The notes beneath the pieces were generated by a model. That model made no database searches and was not told the origin of the DNA. It saw only the letters and a list, made by a program, of their open reading frames with translations. This document shows positions 9,006 through 17,703 of a stretch of 57,403 nucleotides of DNA, one piece after another. How positions within the stretch are numbered: the first letter of the stretch is position 1; every line of letters starts with the position of its first letter. The stretch spans positions 1 to 57,403 of the forward strand of contig JAEWBD010000420.1 in NCBI GenBank assembly GCA_023391315.1, in the 5' to 3' direction. The stretch is from Bacteroidota bacterium. GTDB taxonomy: Bacteria; Bacteroidota; Bacteroidia; Chitinophagales; Chitinophagaceae. The translations under genes were made by a program, and so were the position numbers.

Positions 9006-9691
9006 CAGTGGTCCTTTAAAATATAGCCCATGCCCACATGGGTTTGAATTAATTTATGTTCAAATTGTTTATCCACTTTATTACGCAGGTAACTTATATA
9101 AACGTCAATAACATTTGTATTGGTTTCAAAATCCACATCCCACACATTAATCGCTATATCCACTCTTGAAACAACTTTGTTTTTATTTCGAAGCAGGTAT
9201 TCAAGCAGTTGAAATTCCTTTGCAGTAAGATTAATTGCCCTGCCATCCCTTTTTACTTCTTTACTGTCGAGATTCATTTCAAGGTCTGCCGCTTTTAAAA
9301 TATTCCCAACCGGTAAATTTTGGTTCACTGTTCGTTTTAGCAATACCCTTATTTTTAACAGGAGCTCTTTAAATTCAAAGGGCTTTACCATATAATCATC
9401 AGCGCCTGATTCATACCCTTCAATCTTGTCGTTCAGCGCACTCATAGAAGTAAGCATGAGTATGGGTATTTGTTGATTTTTGGCGCGAATGGCTTTACAC
9501 AAATCATAACCGTTCATGCCGGGAAGGTTTATGTCGAGAATAATAAGATCAAACTCTTTTGCGCAGAATAAATGATAACCCAGTTTTCCATCGTAAGCAA
9601 CTTCAACGCTAAAGCCAATTTCATCAAGCCCGAACTTTAAAGTATCGGCAATTTTTTTTTCATCTTCAACAATCAATATTTTTCTTTCCAT
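9005..9691 (-). CDS. OmpR/PhoB-family response regulator
   Basis: Receiver ILIVEDE/LDINLP/KPF; winged helix LTAKEFQLL, VIDVYISYLRNK, THVGMGY. Confidence 0.96.
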   Translation of the reverse strand: MERKILIVEDEKKIADTLKFGLDEIGFSVEVAYDGKLGYHLFCAKEFDLIILDINLPGMNGYDLCKAIRAKNQQIPILMLTSMSALNDKIEGYESGADDYMVKPFEFKELLLKIRVLLKRTVNQNLPVGNILKAADLEMNLDSKEVKRDGRAINLTAKEFQLLEYLLRNKNKVVSRVDIAINVWDVDFETNTNVIDVYISYLRNKVDKQFEHKLIQTHVGMGYILKDH

Positions 9692-9758
9692 ATATAAAAA
9701 CAGCCATTATTTTAAGCAATTTACTTCTTCTCATTTTAGGCTAAAAAAATCAACCCGG

Positions 9759-9816
9759 TTCTAATCATATTCTAATGCGCCGTTAATGCCAGGTTAATGG
9801 CCCGTACGTAGTTTTG
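9759..9816 (+). promoter_or_regulatory. Promoter of the RIC-like/SPFH/USP/acnA run with 4 heptamer repeats
   Basis: TTCTAAT(9759) TTCTAAT(9770) CGTTAAT(9781) GGTTAAT(9792), n10, TAGTTTTG(9809). Confidence 0.8.
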
Positions 9817-9882
9817 AAAGTTATTATTCTGGTGAAGTATTCACCGTTAGGCCTGCATTGCAAAACAATTAAAAAGTTCGAT

Positions 9883-10506
9883 ATGAATACAATACAGCTA
9901 ATCAATCTAAAAAACACTGTTAGCGAAAATTATTTTACCGCAAAAAATTTAAACGATGCTGATATTAGCCGCCATGAAATAAACGATGCAACTAACCGTA
10001 GAAATAACAATAAGCTTAATGCGGACGTTCTTATCGATTACATTATTAAAACGCATCATGCTTTTGCGAAAAAAAGTACAATTGCCATTTATAACCTCAC
10101 GCAAAAAGTTGCATATCGTCACAGTGAAAAACATGTAGAATTAAAAAAGTTTAACGAAATCGCCTTTCTTTTCTTTCACCATTTGTTAAATCAAATGTTG
10201 AAAGAAGAGCAGTCCTTGTTTCCCTATGTAAGGCAAATAATGAGTGAACTAAAATATCAAGGCAAAAACAATAATGCTATTATACAACCTTTAAAAGAAA
10301 AGCTGCAATTGCAGCAGGCTGAACTTCAAAAATCTTTTGATTACCTGAAAACCTTCAGGGAAATAACAAACGATTACAAAGTACCGCAGGATGCATGCAG
10401 CTATTACACATCATTATTTGACAAGATGAAAGAACTTGAAAGCGACCTCGTTATCCATTTCCATTTGGAAGCTGATATTCTTTTCAGTTTGTGTAACAAG
10501 AGCTAA
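9883..10506 (+). CDS. Hemerythrin-fold RIC/YtfE-like protein, degenerate
   Basis: LIDYIIKTHH, KEEQSLFP, VPQDAC, DLVIHFHLE align with the RIC C-domain; TTG 9814 overlaps the -7 box, so ATG 9883 is preferred. Confidence 0.8.
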   Translation: MNTIQLINLKNTVSENYFTAKNLNDADISRHEINDATNRRNNNKLNADVLIDYIIKTHHAFAKKSTIAIYNLTQKVAYRHSEKHVELKKFNEIAFLFFHHLLNQMLKEEQSLFPYVRQIMSELKYQGKNNNAIIQPLKEKLQLQQAELQKSFDYLKTFREITNDYKVPQDACSYYTSLFDKMKELESDLVIHFHLEADILFSLCNKS

Positions 10507-10583
10507 CAAAGGATCTAAAAATAAATGAAATAAAATTTAAACCGTTTTAATCTCATTACTATTAATAATTTAAACACGATTAA

Positions 10584-11495
10584 ATGACAACACAAGCTTT
10601 ATCTATTATAATAGCAGGAATAGTATTTTTCTTTTTCCTGGGTATAAAAATAGTGCGCCCCACACACAGGGGCTTAATTGAAAGACTGGGTAAATATCAC
10701 AAGTTTGCTACGCCTGGCTTTCATTGGATCATTCCTTTCATAGATAAAATGTATGCGGTAAACGTAACGGAACAAATGGTGGATGCACAGCCACAGGAAA
10801 TTATTACCAACGATAACCTGAATGCAAGTGTGGATGCACAGGTATATTTTAAGGTTATAGAAACAGAGGAAAGCGTAAAAAATTCGCAGTACAATGTAAA
10901 TGATTACAGGCGGCAAATTGTAAACCTTGCCCGCACCACGCTCAGGAATATTATCGGAACACTCACATTAAGGTCCGCAAACAGTGAGAGAGGAAAGATA
11001 AATGCGGAGTTGCACAACACGCTTAGAAACGAAACATCAAACTGGGGCATTGTAATTGTACGCACAGAATTAAAAGAAATAGACCCGCCACGGGATGTGC
11101 AGGATACAATGAACAAAGTGGTGAAAGCAGAAAACGAAAAAATAGCGGCGATTGATTATGCCACTGCAACGGAAACGGCAGCAGATGGCGTAAAACGTGC
11201 AAAGATTAAAGAAGCAGAAGGCTATAAACGCGCTAAAATATTGCATGCCGAAGGTGAAGCTGAAGCCATTATGCTGGTAAATGAAGCTGCTGACAAATAC
11301 TTTACGGGCAATGCGCAGTTATTAAAAAAGCTGGAAACCGTTGAGGCTTCCCTTAAATCGAATGCAAAGATTGTGGTACCAACAGGTGCTGAGCTGGTGA
11401 ATATTATCGGCGATATGGCGGGCGTATTACCCATTCATACAACAAAGAATGAAAACGGGGAAAGCAAAAATACGCTGCTCTCCACACCTGTATAA
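10584..11495 (+). CDS. SPFH/band 7 (stomatin-like) membrane protein
   Basis: N-terminal TM, ERLGKY, PGFHWIIPFID, TTLRNIIG, WGIVIVRTEL. Confidence 0.93.
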   Translation: MTTQALSIIIAGIVFFFFLGIKIVRPTHRGLIERLGKYHKFATPGFHWIIPFIDKMYAVNVTEQMVDAQPQEIITNDNLNASVDAQVYFKVIETEESVKNSQYNVNDYRRQIVNLARTTLRNIIGTLTLRSANSERGKINAELHNTLRNETSNWGIVIVRTELKEIDPPRDVQDTMNKVVKAENEKIAAIDYATATETAADGVKRAKIKEAEGYKRAKILHAEGEAEAIMLVNEAADKYFTGNAQLLKKLETVEASLKSNAKIVVPTGAELVNIIGDMAGVLPIHTTKNENGESKNTLLSTPV

Positions 11496-11582
11496 ATTAG
11501 CAGGTATGATGTTTAAAATAACATGAATGAAAATTGCCCTGCCGCTGATGATTGAATTTCTTAAATATTAAATTTGTATAAA

Positions 11583-12056
11583 ATGAAGTTATTAATTGCT
11601 CTTGACAACAATACCGGCGCTCATCATATTGCTCAAGCCGGTTATAAATTAGCGGAGGCATTGCATGCGCATACCGTTTTGCTGCATGTAACTTCTAATG
11701 CAACCTATTACGCTTCCCCTAACTACTCACCTATATTGGGATACAATAATTTTAATAATGCAGAAGCTGTTCAAACAGACACAGGCGAGAAATTGAAAAC
11801 GGCTGCGGAAGATTACCTGGATAATGTAAAGTGGAACCTGGGAGATAAAACTATTGAAACAGTTGTAAAGGAAGGAGACTATGCAGAAAGCATACTTGAA
11901 ACAGCAAATGAAATAAAAGCAGATATGATAGTGATGGGAACGCACAGCCGCAAAGGGCTGGATAAAGTACTGCTGGGTAGCGTAGCTGAAAATGTTTTAC
12001 ATCATACAAACATACCGTTGTTCATTATTCCGGTAAAGCCTGCAGCGGCAGGATAA
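11583..12056 (+). CDS. Universal stress protein (UspA family)
   Basis: LLIALD, ADMIVMGTHSRKGLDKVLLGSVAENVL; ATG 11583 preferred. Confidence 0.95.
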   Translation: MKLLIALDNNTGAHHIAQAGYKLAEALHAHTVLLHVTSNATYYASPNYSPILGYNNFNNAEAVQTDTGEKLKTAAEDYLDNVKWNLGDKTIETVVKEGDYAESILETANEIKADMIVMGTHSRKGLDKVLLGSVAENVLHHTNIPLFIIPVKPAAAG

Positions 12057-12112
12057 TATACAGGCACAGGCTTTATTTAATTAGCAGGCAGCGGTAATAT
12101 AAACTAAACACC

Positions 12113-14890
12113 ATGTCAAAAGATCTTTATCAAACAAAAAAATTACTCACCACTAAAAACGGAACGTTTACTTACTATAGTCTTGCAGAATTGGAAAAAC
12201 AGGGGCATAATATCAGCAGGCTGCCTTTTTCCATTCGTATTCTTTTAGAAAATGCACTGCGCAATTTTGATGATTTCGCGGTAACAAAAGAAAACATCGA
12301 AACCATTCTTCAATGGCAGCCGGAAGGTTCGGATAAAGATATTCCCTTTAAACCTGCCCGCGTTTTAATGCAGGATTTCACCGGCGTTCCCGCCGTAGTG
12401 GATATTGCTTCGCTGCGTGCCGAAATAGCGCGAAAGGGCAAAAATCCTGATGAAATAAACCCCTTAATTCCTGTTGATCTTGTAATTGACCACTCGGTGC
12501 AGGTAGATTATTTTGGAACTGAATACGCTTATAACCGTAATATGGATGAAGAGTATAAGCGTAACCAGGAACGCTACCAGTTTCTTAAATGGGCGCAAAA
12601 ATCATTTACCAATTTCAGCGTGGTGCCGCCGGGAATGGGCATTTGCCACCAGGTAAATCTCGAATACCTTTCAAAAGGTGTAATAGAGCGCAACGGTGAA
12701 ATTTTTCCAGATACTTTAGTGGGCACCGATAGCCACACACCCATGGTAAACGGTATTGGCGTAGTGGCCTGGGGCGTGGGTGGTATTGAAGCGGAAGCCG
12801 CCATTTTAGGGCAGCCCATTTATTTTATAACGCCGCAGGTGATAGGGCTAAAATTAACCGGCAGGTTGCCACTGGGTTCCACCGCAACAGATCTGGTACT
12901 TTCCATTGCTGAACTTTTAAGGAAATATGGCGTGGTTGGAAAATTTGTAGAAGTGTTCGGCCCGGGCCTCGACAATCTTTCTGTTCCCGACAGGGCCACA
13001 ATTGGCAATATGTCACCTGAATTTGGCTGCACCATCACCTATTTCCCGGTAGATGATAAAACCCTGGAATATATGCGCAGGAGTAACCGTTCGGAAGAAC
13101 AGGTGAAACTGGTAGAAGATTACTGCAAAGCGAATATGCTTTGGCGCACCGGTACTGAAGACATTCATTACACAGATATTATAGACCTGGATATTTCAAC
13201 AATAGAACCTTCGGTTGCCGGGCCAAAACGCCCGCAGGACAAAATTTTATTAAAAAATTTCAAATCAAAATTTATAAGCCTTTTAGATGAAACCTATGGC
13301 CGCAAATACACAGAAGATAAACAATTAAGCCGGTGGATGGCTGAAGGTGGCAGCCAACCTGTAACGCAACCAAAAACCGAATTAACGCCCGAACCGGAAA
13401 TTGAAGAAACCGTTGTAAACGGAATGAAGAATGTATGGGTAACCATTGGCGAAGAAAGTTTTATGCTTTCAGATGGCGCCGTAGCTATTGCTGCCATTAC
13501 ATCATGCACCAATACTTCCAATCCGTTTGTAATGGTAGGTGCTGGCTTGGTGGCAAGAAAAGCAAGGGAACATGGATTGAAAACAAAACCCTGGGTAAAA
13601 ACTTCGTTGGCGCCCGGCTCCAAAGTGGTAACAGATTATCTTGAAAAAGCTGATTTGTTAGACGACCTGGAAGCTATGCAGTTTCATACAGTGGGTTATG
13701 GCTGCACCTCCTGCATTGGCAACTCCGGCCCTTTGCCCACTTTTGTTGCCAAAGCCGTGGAAGAACATGATGTTGTAGTAGCCTCCGTTCTTTCCGGCAA
13801 CCGCAATTTTGAAGCAAGGATTCACCCCCAGGTAAAAATGAATTTTTTAATGTCGCCAATGCTGGTGGTAGCATATGCTATTGCGGGCCGGGTGGATGTG
13901 GATTTAATAAATGAACCCATAAGTTTTGACCCGAACCAGCAGCCTGTTTATTTAAAAGATATATGGCCTGCTGATGATGAGATAAATGAGTTAATGCGCA
14001 GTGTGCTTTCTCCAAATGACTTTGCAAAAAATTATGCAGAAATTTTTGAAGGCAATGATATATGGAGAAACCTTGATGTGCCGGATGAAAGATTATACCA
14101 GTGGGATGAAAATTCCACTTACATCAAGGAAGTCCCTTTTTTTTATAATATTTCTGATGATGCACCACCTTTAAATGATATTCATGATGCAAGAGCTTTA
14201 TTGGTGCTGGGCGATAGCATTACAACAGATCATATTTCACCAGCCGGGCAGTTTAATGAATCTTCTTCTGCAGGTAAATATTTAATAAGCCGCGGTGTAA
14301 AAAGAGAGAATTTTAATTCCTATGGTTCAAGAAGAGGAAATGATGAGGTAATGGTACGCGGCACTTTTGCCAATGTGCGCATAAAAAATAAACTGGCGCA
14401 GAAAGAAGGCAGCTTTACAAAATATTTTCCCACCGGCGAGGAACTTTCTGTATATGATGCCTCCATAAAATATAAACAAACACAAACGCCGTTAGTGGTG
14501 CTGGCTGGTAAAGAATATGGCAGCGGTTCATCACGTGACTGGGCGGCGAAAGGCGCATTCCTGCTGGGTATTAAAGCCGTACTTGCAGAAAGTTATGAAC
14601 GTATACACAGGAGCAACCTGGTAGGAATGGGCGTTTTACCACTTCAATATAAACCAGGCGATACGGCGGAAAGTTTAGGCCTTACCGGCAATGAAGTATT
14701 TACTATATCGGGCATTGCTGAAGACATAAAGCCGCTAAAAAAAGTGCAGGTAATTGCTAAAAAAGAAGATGGCAGTGAAATTAAATTTGAAGCAATTGCC
14801 CGGGTAGATTCAAAAATAGAAATAGAGTATTACAGAAACGGTGGAATATTACAATATGTATTAAGACAGTTTTTAAAAAAGACAAGCTAA
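12113..14890 (+). CDS. acnA: Aconitate hydratase A
   Basis: RVLMQDFTGVPAVVD, GTDSHT, AAITSCTNTSNP, GYGCTSCIGNSG, YGSGSSRDWAAKG. Confidence 0.97.
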   Translation: MSKDLYQTKKLLTTKNGTFTYYSLAELEKQGHNISRLPFSIRILLENALRNFDDFAVTKENIETILQWQPEGSDKDIPFKPARVLMQDFTGVPAVVDIASLRAEIARKGKNPDEINPLIPVDLVIDHSVQVDYFGTEYAYNRNMDEEYKRNQERYQFLKWAQKSFTNFSVVPPGMGICHQVNLEYLSKGVIERNGEIFPDTLVGTDSHTPMVNGIGVVAWGVGGIEAEAAILGQPIYFITPQVIGLKLTGRLPLGSTATDLVLSIAELLRKYGVVGKFVEVFGPGLDNLSVPDRATIGNMSPEFGCTITYFPVDDKTLEYMRRSNRSEEQVKLVEDYCKANMLWRTGTEDIHYTDIIDLDISTIEPSVAGPKRPQDKILLKNFKSKFISLLDETYGRKYTEDKQLSRWMAEGGSQPVTQPKTELTPEPEIEETVVNGMKNVWVTIGEESFMLSDGAVAIAAITSCTNTSNPFVMVGAGLVARKAREHGLKTKPWVKTSLAPGSKVVTDYLEKADLLDDLEAMQFHTVGYGCTSCIGNSGPLPTFVAKAVEEHDVVVASVLSGNRNFEARIHPQVKMNFLMSPMLVVAYAIAGRVDVDLINEPISFDPNQQPVYLKDIWPADDEINELMRSVLSPNDFAKNYAEIFEGNDIWRNLDVPDERLYQWDENSTYIKEVPFFYNISDDAPPLNDIHDARALLVLGDSITTDHISPAGQFNESSSAGKYLISRGVKRENFNSYGSRRGNDEVMVRGTFANVRIKNKLAQKEGSFTKYFPTGEELSVYDASIKYKQTQTPLVVLAGKEYGSGSSRDWAAKGAFLLGIKAVLAESYERIHRSNLVGMGVLPLQYKPGDTAESLGLTGNEVFTISGIAEDIKPLKKVQVIAKKEDGSEIKFEAIARVDSKIEIEYYRNGGILQYVLRQFLKKTS

Positions 14891-14926
14891 TCACTTAAAC
14901 AAATTATATCCTTCTTCCAAATGATT

Positions 14927-14973
14927 ACATTAGAATAAGATTAGAAGAATGATTTCTAATCTTATTCTAATGT
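14927..14973. repeat. Perfect 20-bp inverted repeat with 7-nt spacer
   Basis: acattagaataagattagaa (14927-14946) / ttctaatcttattctaatgt (14954-14973). Confidence 0.9.
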
Positions 14974-15011
14974 TCCCTTAATGCCGGGTTAATACCCGGT
15001 ACCTAATTTTG
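14954..15011 (+). promoter_or_regulatory. Promoter of the glutamate-synthase-like/rnk unit with 4 heptamer repeats
   Basis: TTCTAAT(14954) TTCTAAT(14965) CCTTAAT(14976) GGTTAAT(14987), n10, TAATTTTG(15004). Confidence 0.8.
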
Positions 15012-15313
15012 AATAAATGTAACAGGTATGTAAGGCCGGTAGCTTTTTATTACAGGTACCGGATTTTTCATCTATAAAATTATATACGAAGCGTTCAAGC
15101 CATGACAAGCATTAAAAAATATTTTCAATATATCTTCTGCCGGCAATTCTTGCCCGGGGTGCTGTCATGCTATACCTGTATTTCTTACATAGGTAATCAA
15201 CGATTGCCTTATTACCCAAATTTTAAGGACTTTAATAAGTAATCCCCCGCTCTGGTTTAAATACAGACCCGGGGGTGGGTTTTGTATTTTTTTAATCATA
15301 AAAACTTATTATT

Positions 15314-16882
15314 ATGTCCGGCAAACGAAAAATTGTTTCGGCAAGCAATATTATTATAGCCTTACTTGTATTTGTCAATGTTATCATCTTACAGGCCGCT
15401 TTTATTGGAAATGAAAAATGGTATTGGGCGCTTGCCATAAGCCTGCCATTGTTAGTACTGGCTATTTTAAATATCCGTCAAAAAAAACATGCGATTTTAC
15501 GCAACTTTCCCGTGATAGGGTATTTGCGTTATCTTCTTGAATCAATACGGCCGGAGATAAGACAATACTTTTTTGAATCGGAGCTGGACGGAAAACCTTT
15601 TAGCCGCCGGCAGCGGTCCATCGTTTACCAGAGAGCAAAAAATGAAAAAGAAACGGTAGCTTTTGGTATGCAGGCAGACCCTAATGCGCCCGGTTTTGAG
15701 TGGGCTGCACATTCGGCGTATCCAAAAACTTTGCATGAAAAAGATTTGACGGTATTGATTCGCAACCAATACTGTCTGCAACCTTACAGGGCAAGCATTT
15801 ATAATATTGGTGCAATGAGTTATGGCGCCCTCAGCAAAACAGCCATTATGGCCCTGAATAAGGGCGCAAAACTGGGTGGCTTTGCCCATAATACAGGAGA
15901 AGGTGGCATAAGCGAATATCATCTTGGTGGTGGCGATCTCATTTGGCAAATCGGTACAGGTTATTTTGGGTGCCGCAATGAAAAGGGAGAATTCCATCCA
16001 CTTGCATTCCGCAAAAATGCATTGCGCCCGCAGGTAAAAATGATTGAGCTAAAATTATCGCAGGGTGCCAAGCCCGGCCATGGCGGCATTCTGCCTGCAT
16101 CAAAAAATACAGAAGAAATAGCTGCCATAAGACAGGTGCAGCCTCATACCGTGGTGCATTCGCCCGCAGCGCATTCGGCATTTAATACGCCGGAAGGAAT
16201 GGTGCAGTTTCTTCAATTACTCAGGGAATTATCAGATGGTAAACCGGTTGGCTTCAAAATATGTATTGGCGATAAACAGGAATTTATTGATATCTGCCAG
16301 GCCATAAAAAACTCCGGTTGTATTCCCGATTTTATTTCAGTTGATGGCGGTGAAGGCGGCACCGGCGCTGCCCCGTTAGAATTTACCGATCACCTGGGTA
16401 TGCCGTTATACGAAGCCCTCGCTTTTGTAAAGCGGGCATTGGATGAATATGGCTTGTCAGGCAACATTAAAATAATTGCCGCGGGTAAAATAATTACGGC
16501 ATTCGATATACTTAAGGCAATAGGGCTTGGCGCTTCTGCCTGTTACAGCGCAAGAGGAATGATGTTTGCGTTGGGCTGCATACAGGCATTAATATGCGAT
16601 TCGGGTAAATGTCCTGTTGGCGTAGCCACACAAAACCCGGCTTTATATAAAGGCCTCGATCCTGCTGATAAAGGCGTGCGGGTTTTCAATTATCACTTAA
16701 ATACCATTAAAGCAACTAAAGAACTGATGGGCGCCTGTGGATTTGCACGCATTGAAAGCGTTCATGCTGCAAAGTTTTTTAGAAGAACAGACGCTCAAAC
16801 AACCAGGAGCTTCGAAGAAATATATTTCAACAAAATAAACGAGTTTAAACAACAACAAAATTTTGAGCCACAATTAAATTAA
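15314..16882 (+). CDS. FMN-binding glutamate synthase family protein (stand-alone FMN domain with N-terminal TM hairpin)
   Basis: AMSYGALS, NTGEGG, KLSQGAKPGHGG, DGGEGGTGAAP, Fe-S motif CIQALICDSGKCP. Confidence 0.93.
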   Translation: MSGKRKIVSASNIIIALLVFVNVIILQAAFIGNEKWYWALAISLPLLVLAILNIRQKKHAILRNFPVIGYLRYLLESIRPEIRQYFFESELDGKPFSRRQRSIVYQRAKNEKETVAFGMQADPNAPGFEWAAHSAYPKTLHEKDLTVLIRNQYCLQPYRASIYNIGAMSYGALSKTAIMALNKGAKLGGFAHNTGEGGISEYHLGGGDLIWQIGTGYFGCRNEKGEFHPLAFRKNALRPQVKMIELKLSQGAKPGHGGILPASKNTEEIAAIRQVQPHTVVHSPAAHSAFNTPEGMVQFLQLLRELSDGKPVGFKICIGDKQEFIDICQAIKNSGCIPDFISVDGGEGGTGAAPLEFTDHLGMPLYEALAFVKRALDEYGLSGNIKIIAAGKIITAFDILKAIGLGASACYSARGMMFALGCIQALICDSGKCPVGVATQNPALYKGLDPADKGVRVFNYHLNTIKATKELMGACGFARIESVHAAKFFRRTDAQTTRSFEEIYFNKINEFKQQQNFEPQLN

Positions 16883-16888
16883 AAACAA

Positions 16889-17302
16889 ATGAAGAAGATA
16901 AAAGACACGCTTGTTTTAAGACAAGATGATTATGCATTATTGATTTCTTATCTGAACCATGCCCGCAGAAATTCAAGTATTGACAGGCAGAATGCAGATG
17001 AGCTTACCGCTGAGTTAAAGAAAGCAACCCTTGTGGACAATGCTGACTTTCCACCCGATGTGGTTGGGTTAAATTCTAAAGTCCGGATAAAAACAGACGA
17101 TAAAAATGAGGAAATGGAATTGATGATTGTTACGCCTGATAAAGCAAATATCAAAGAGAAAAAAATTTCCATCATGGCGCCAATAGGAACAGCTTTAATT
17201 GGTTTCCGCGAGGGACAAAAAGTAAAATGGAAAGTGCCATCGGGCCATAAAACATTTACTATTTTAAATGTTATGAATGATTATAGCGGAAACCCAGCAT
17301 AA
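16889..17302 (+). CDS. rnk: Rnk / GreA-GreB family transcription factor
   Basis: PDVVGLNSKV, ISIMAPIGTALIG, WKVPSG; short N-terminal coiled coil as in Rnk. Confidence 0.8.
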   Translation: MKKIKDTLVLRQDDYALLISYLNHARRNSSIDRQNADELTAELKKATLVDNADFPPDVVGLNSKVRIKTDDKNEEMELMIVTPDKANIKEKKISIMAPIGTALIGFREGQKVKWKVPSGHKTFTILNVMNDYSGNPA

Positions 17303-17368
17303 TAAACTGTTATCGGATGTCTATCTGCAGCGGATAGAATTCAAATATCGGCCAGCAGCGGATCGCGC

Positions 17369-17402
17369 AAAGCTGTTCAATATTGAACAGCTTTTGCTTT
17401 GT
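17369..17402 (+). terminator. Palindromic terminator
   Basis: aaagctgttcaatattgaacagcttt (perfect palindrome) followed by T-rich tail. Confidence 0.7.
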
Positions 17403-17703
17403 TATGTAACTACAAAATTTAATCAATAGTTTGCGGCGAACCCTGCAAAGTGTTTAAGAACTGATAAGCAAACACAACCCTTGCCGCATATTTTAGTAAA
17501 CCGCTAACCTGCGTTCAAACTGGCATATACCTATGCACATATATTTATAGTTTAATATAAACATTTAAAAAATGTTAGGCTTTTATACCTAATCTATTAT
17601 TTTATTCAGGAATTTAATTACAACCTAATGATTTTAGTAATCAGGGATAAAAAAGTTAATTGCTGTAACCTTGTAAGACCTTCTTTAATTAAATCTGTAT
17701 CTG

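Noticed and set aside
6434..17400. tRNA-Arg as the integration site of a genomic island
   Set aside because: No integrase and no duplicated tRNA 3' end found in the window.
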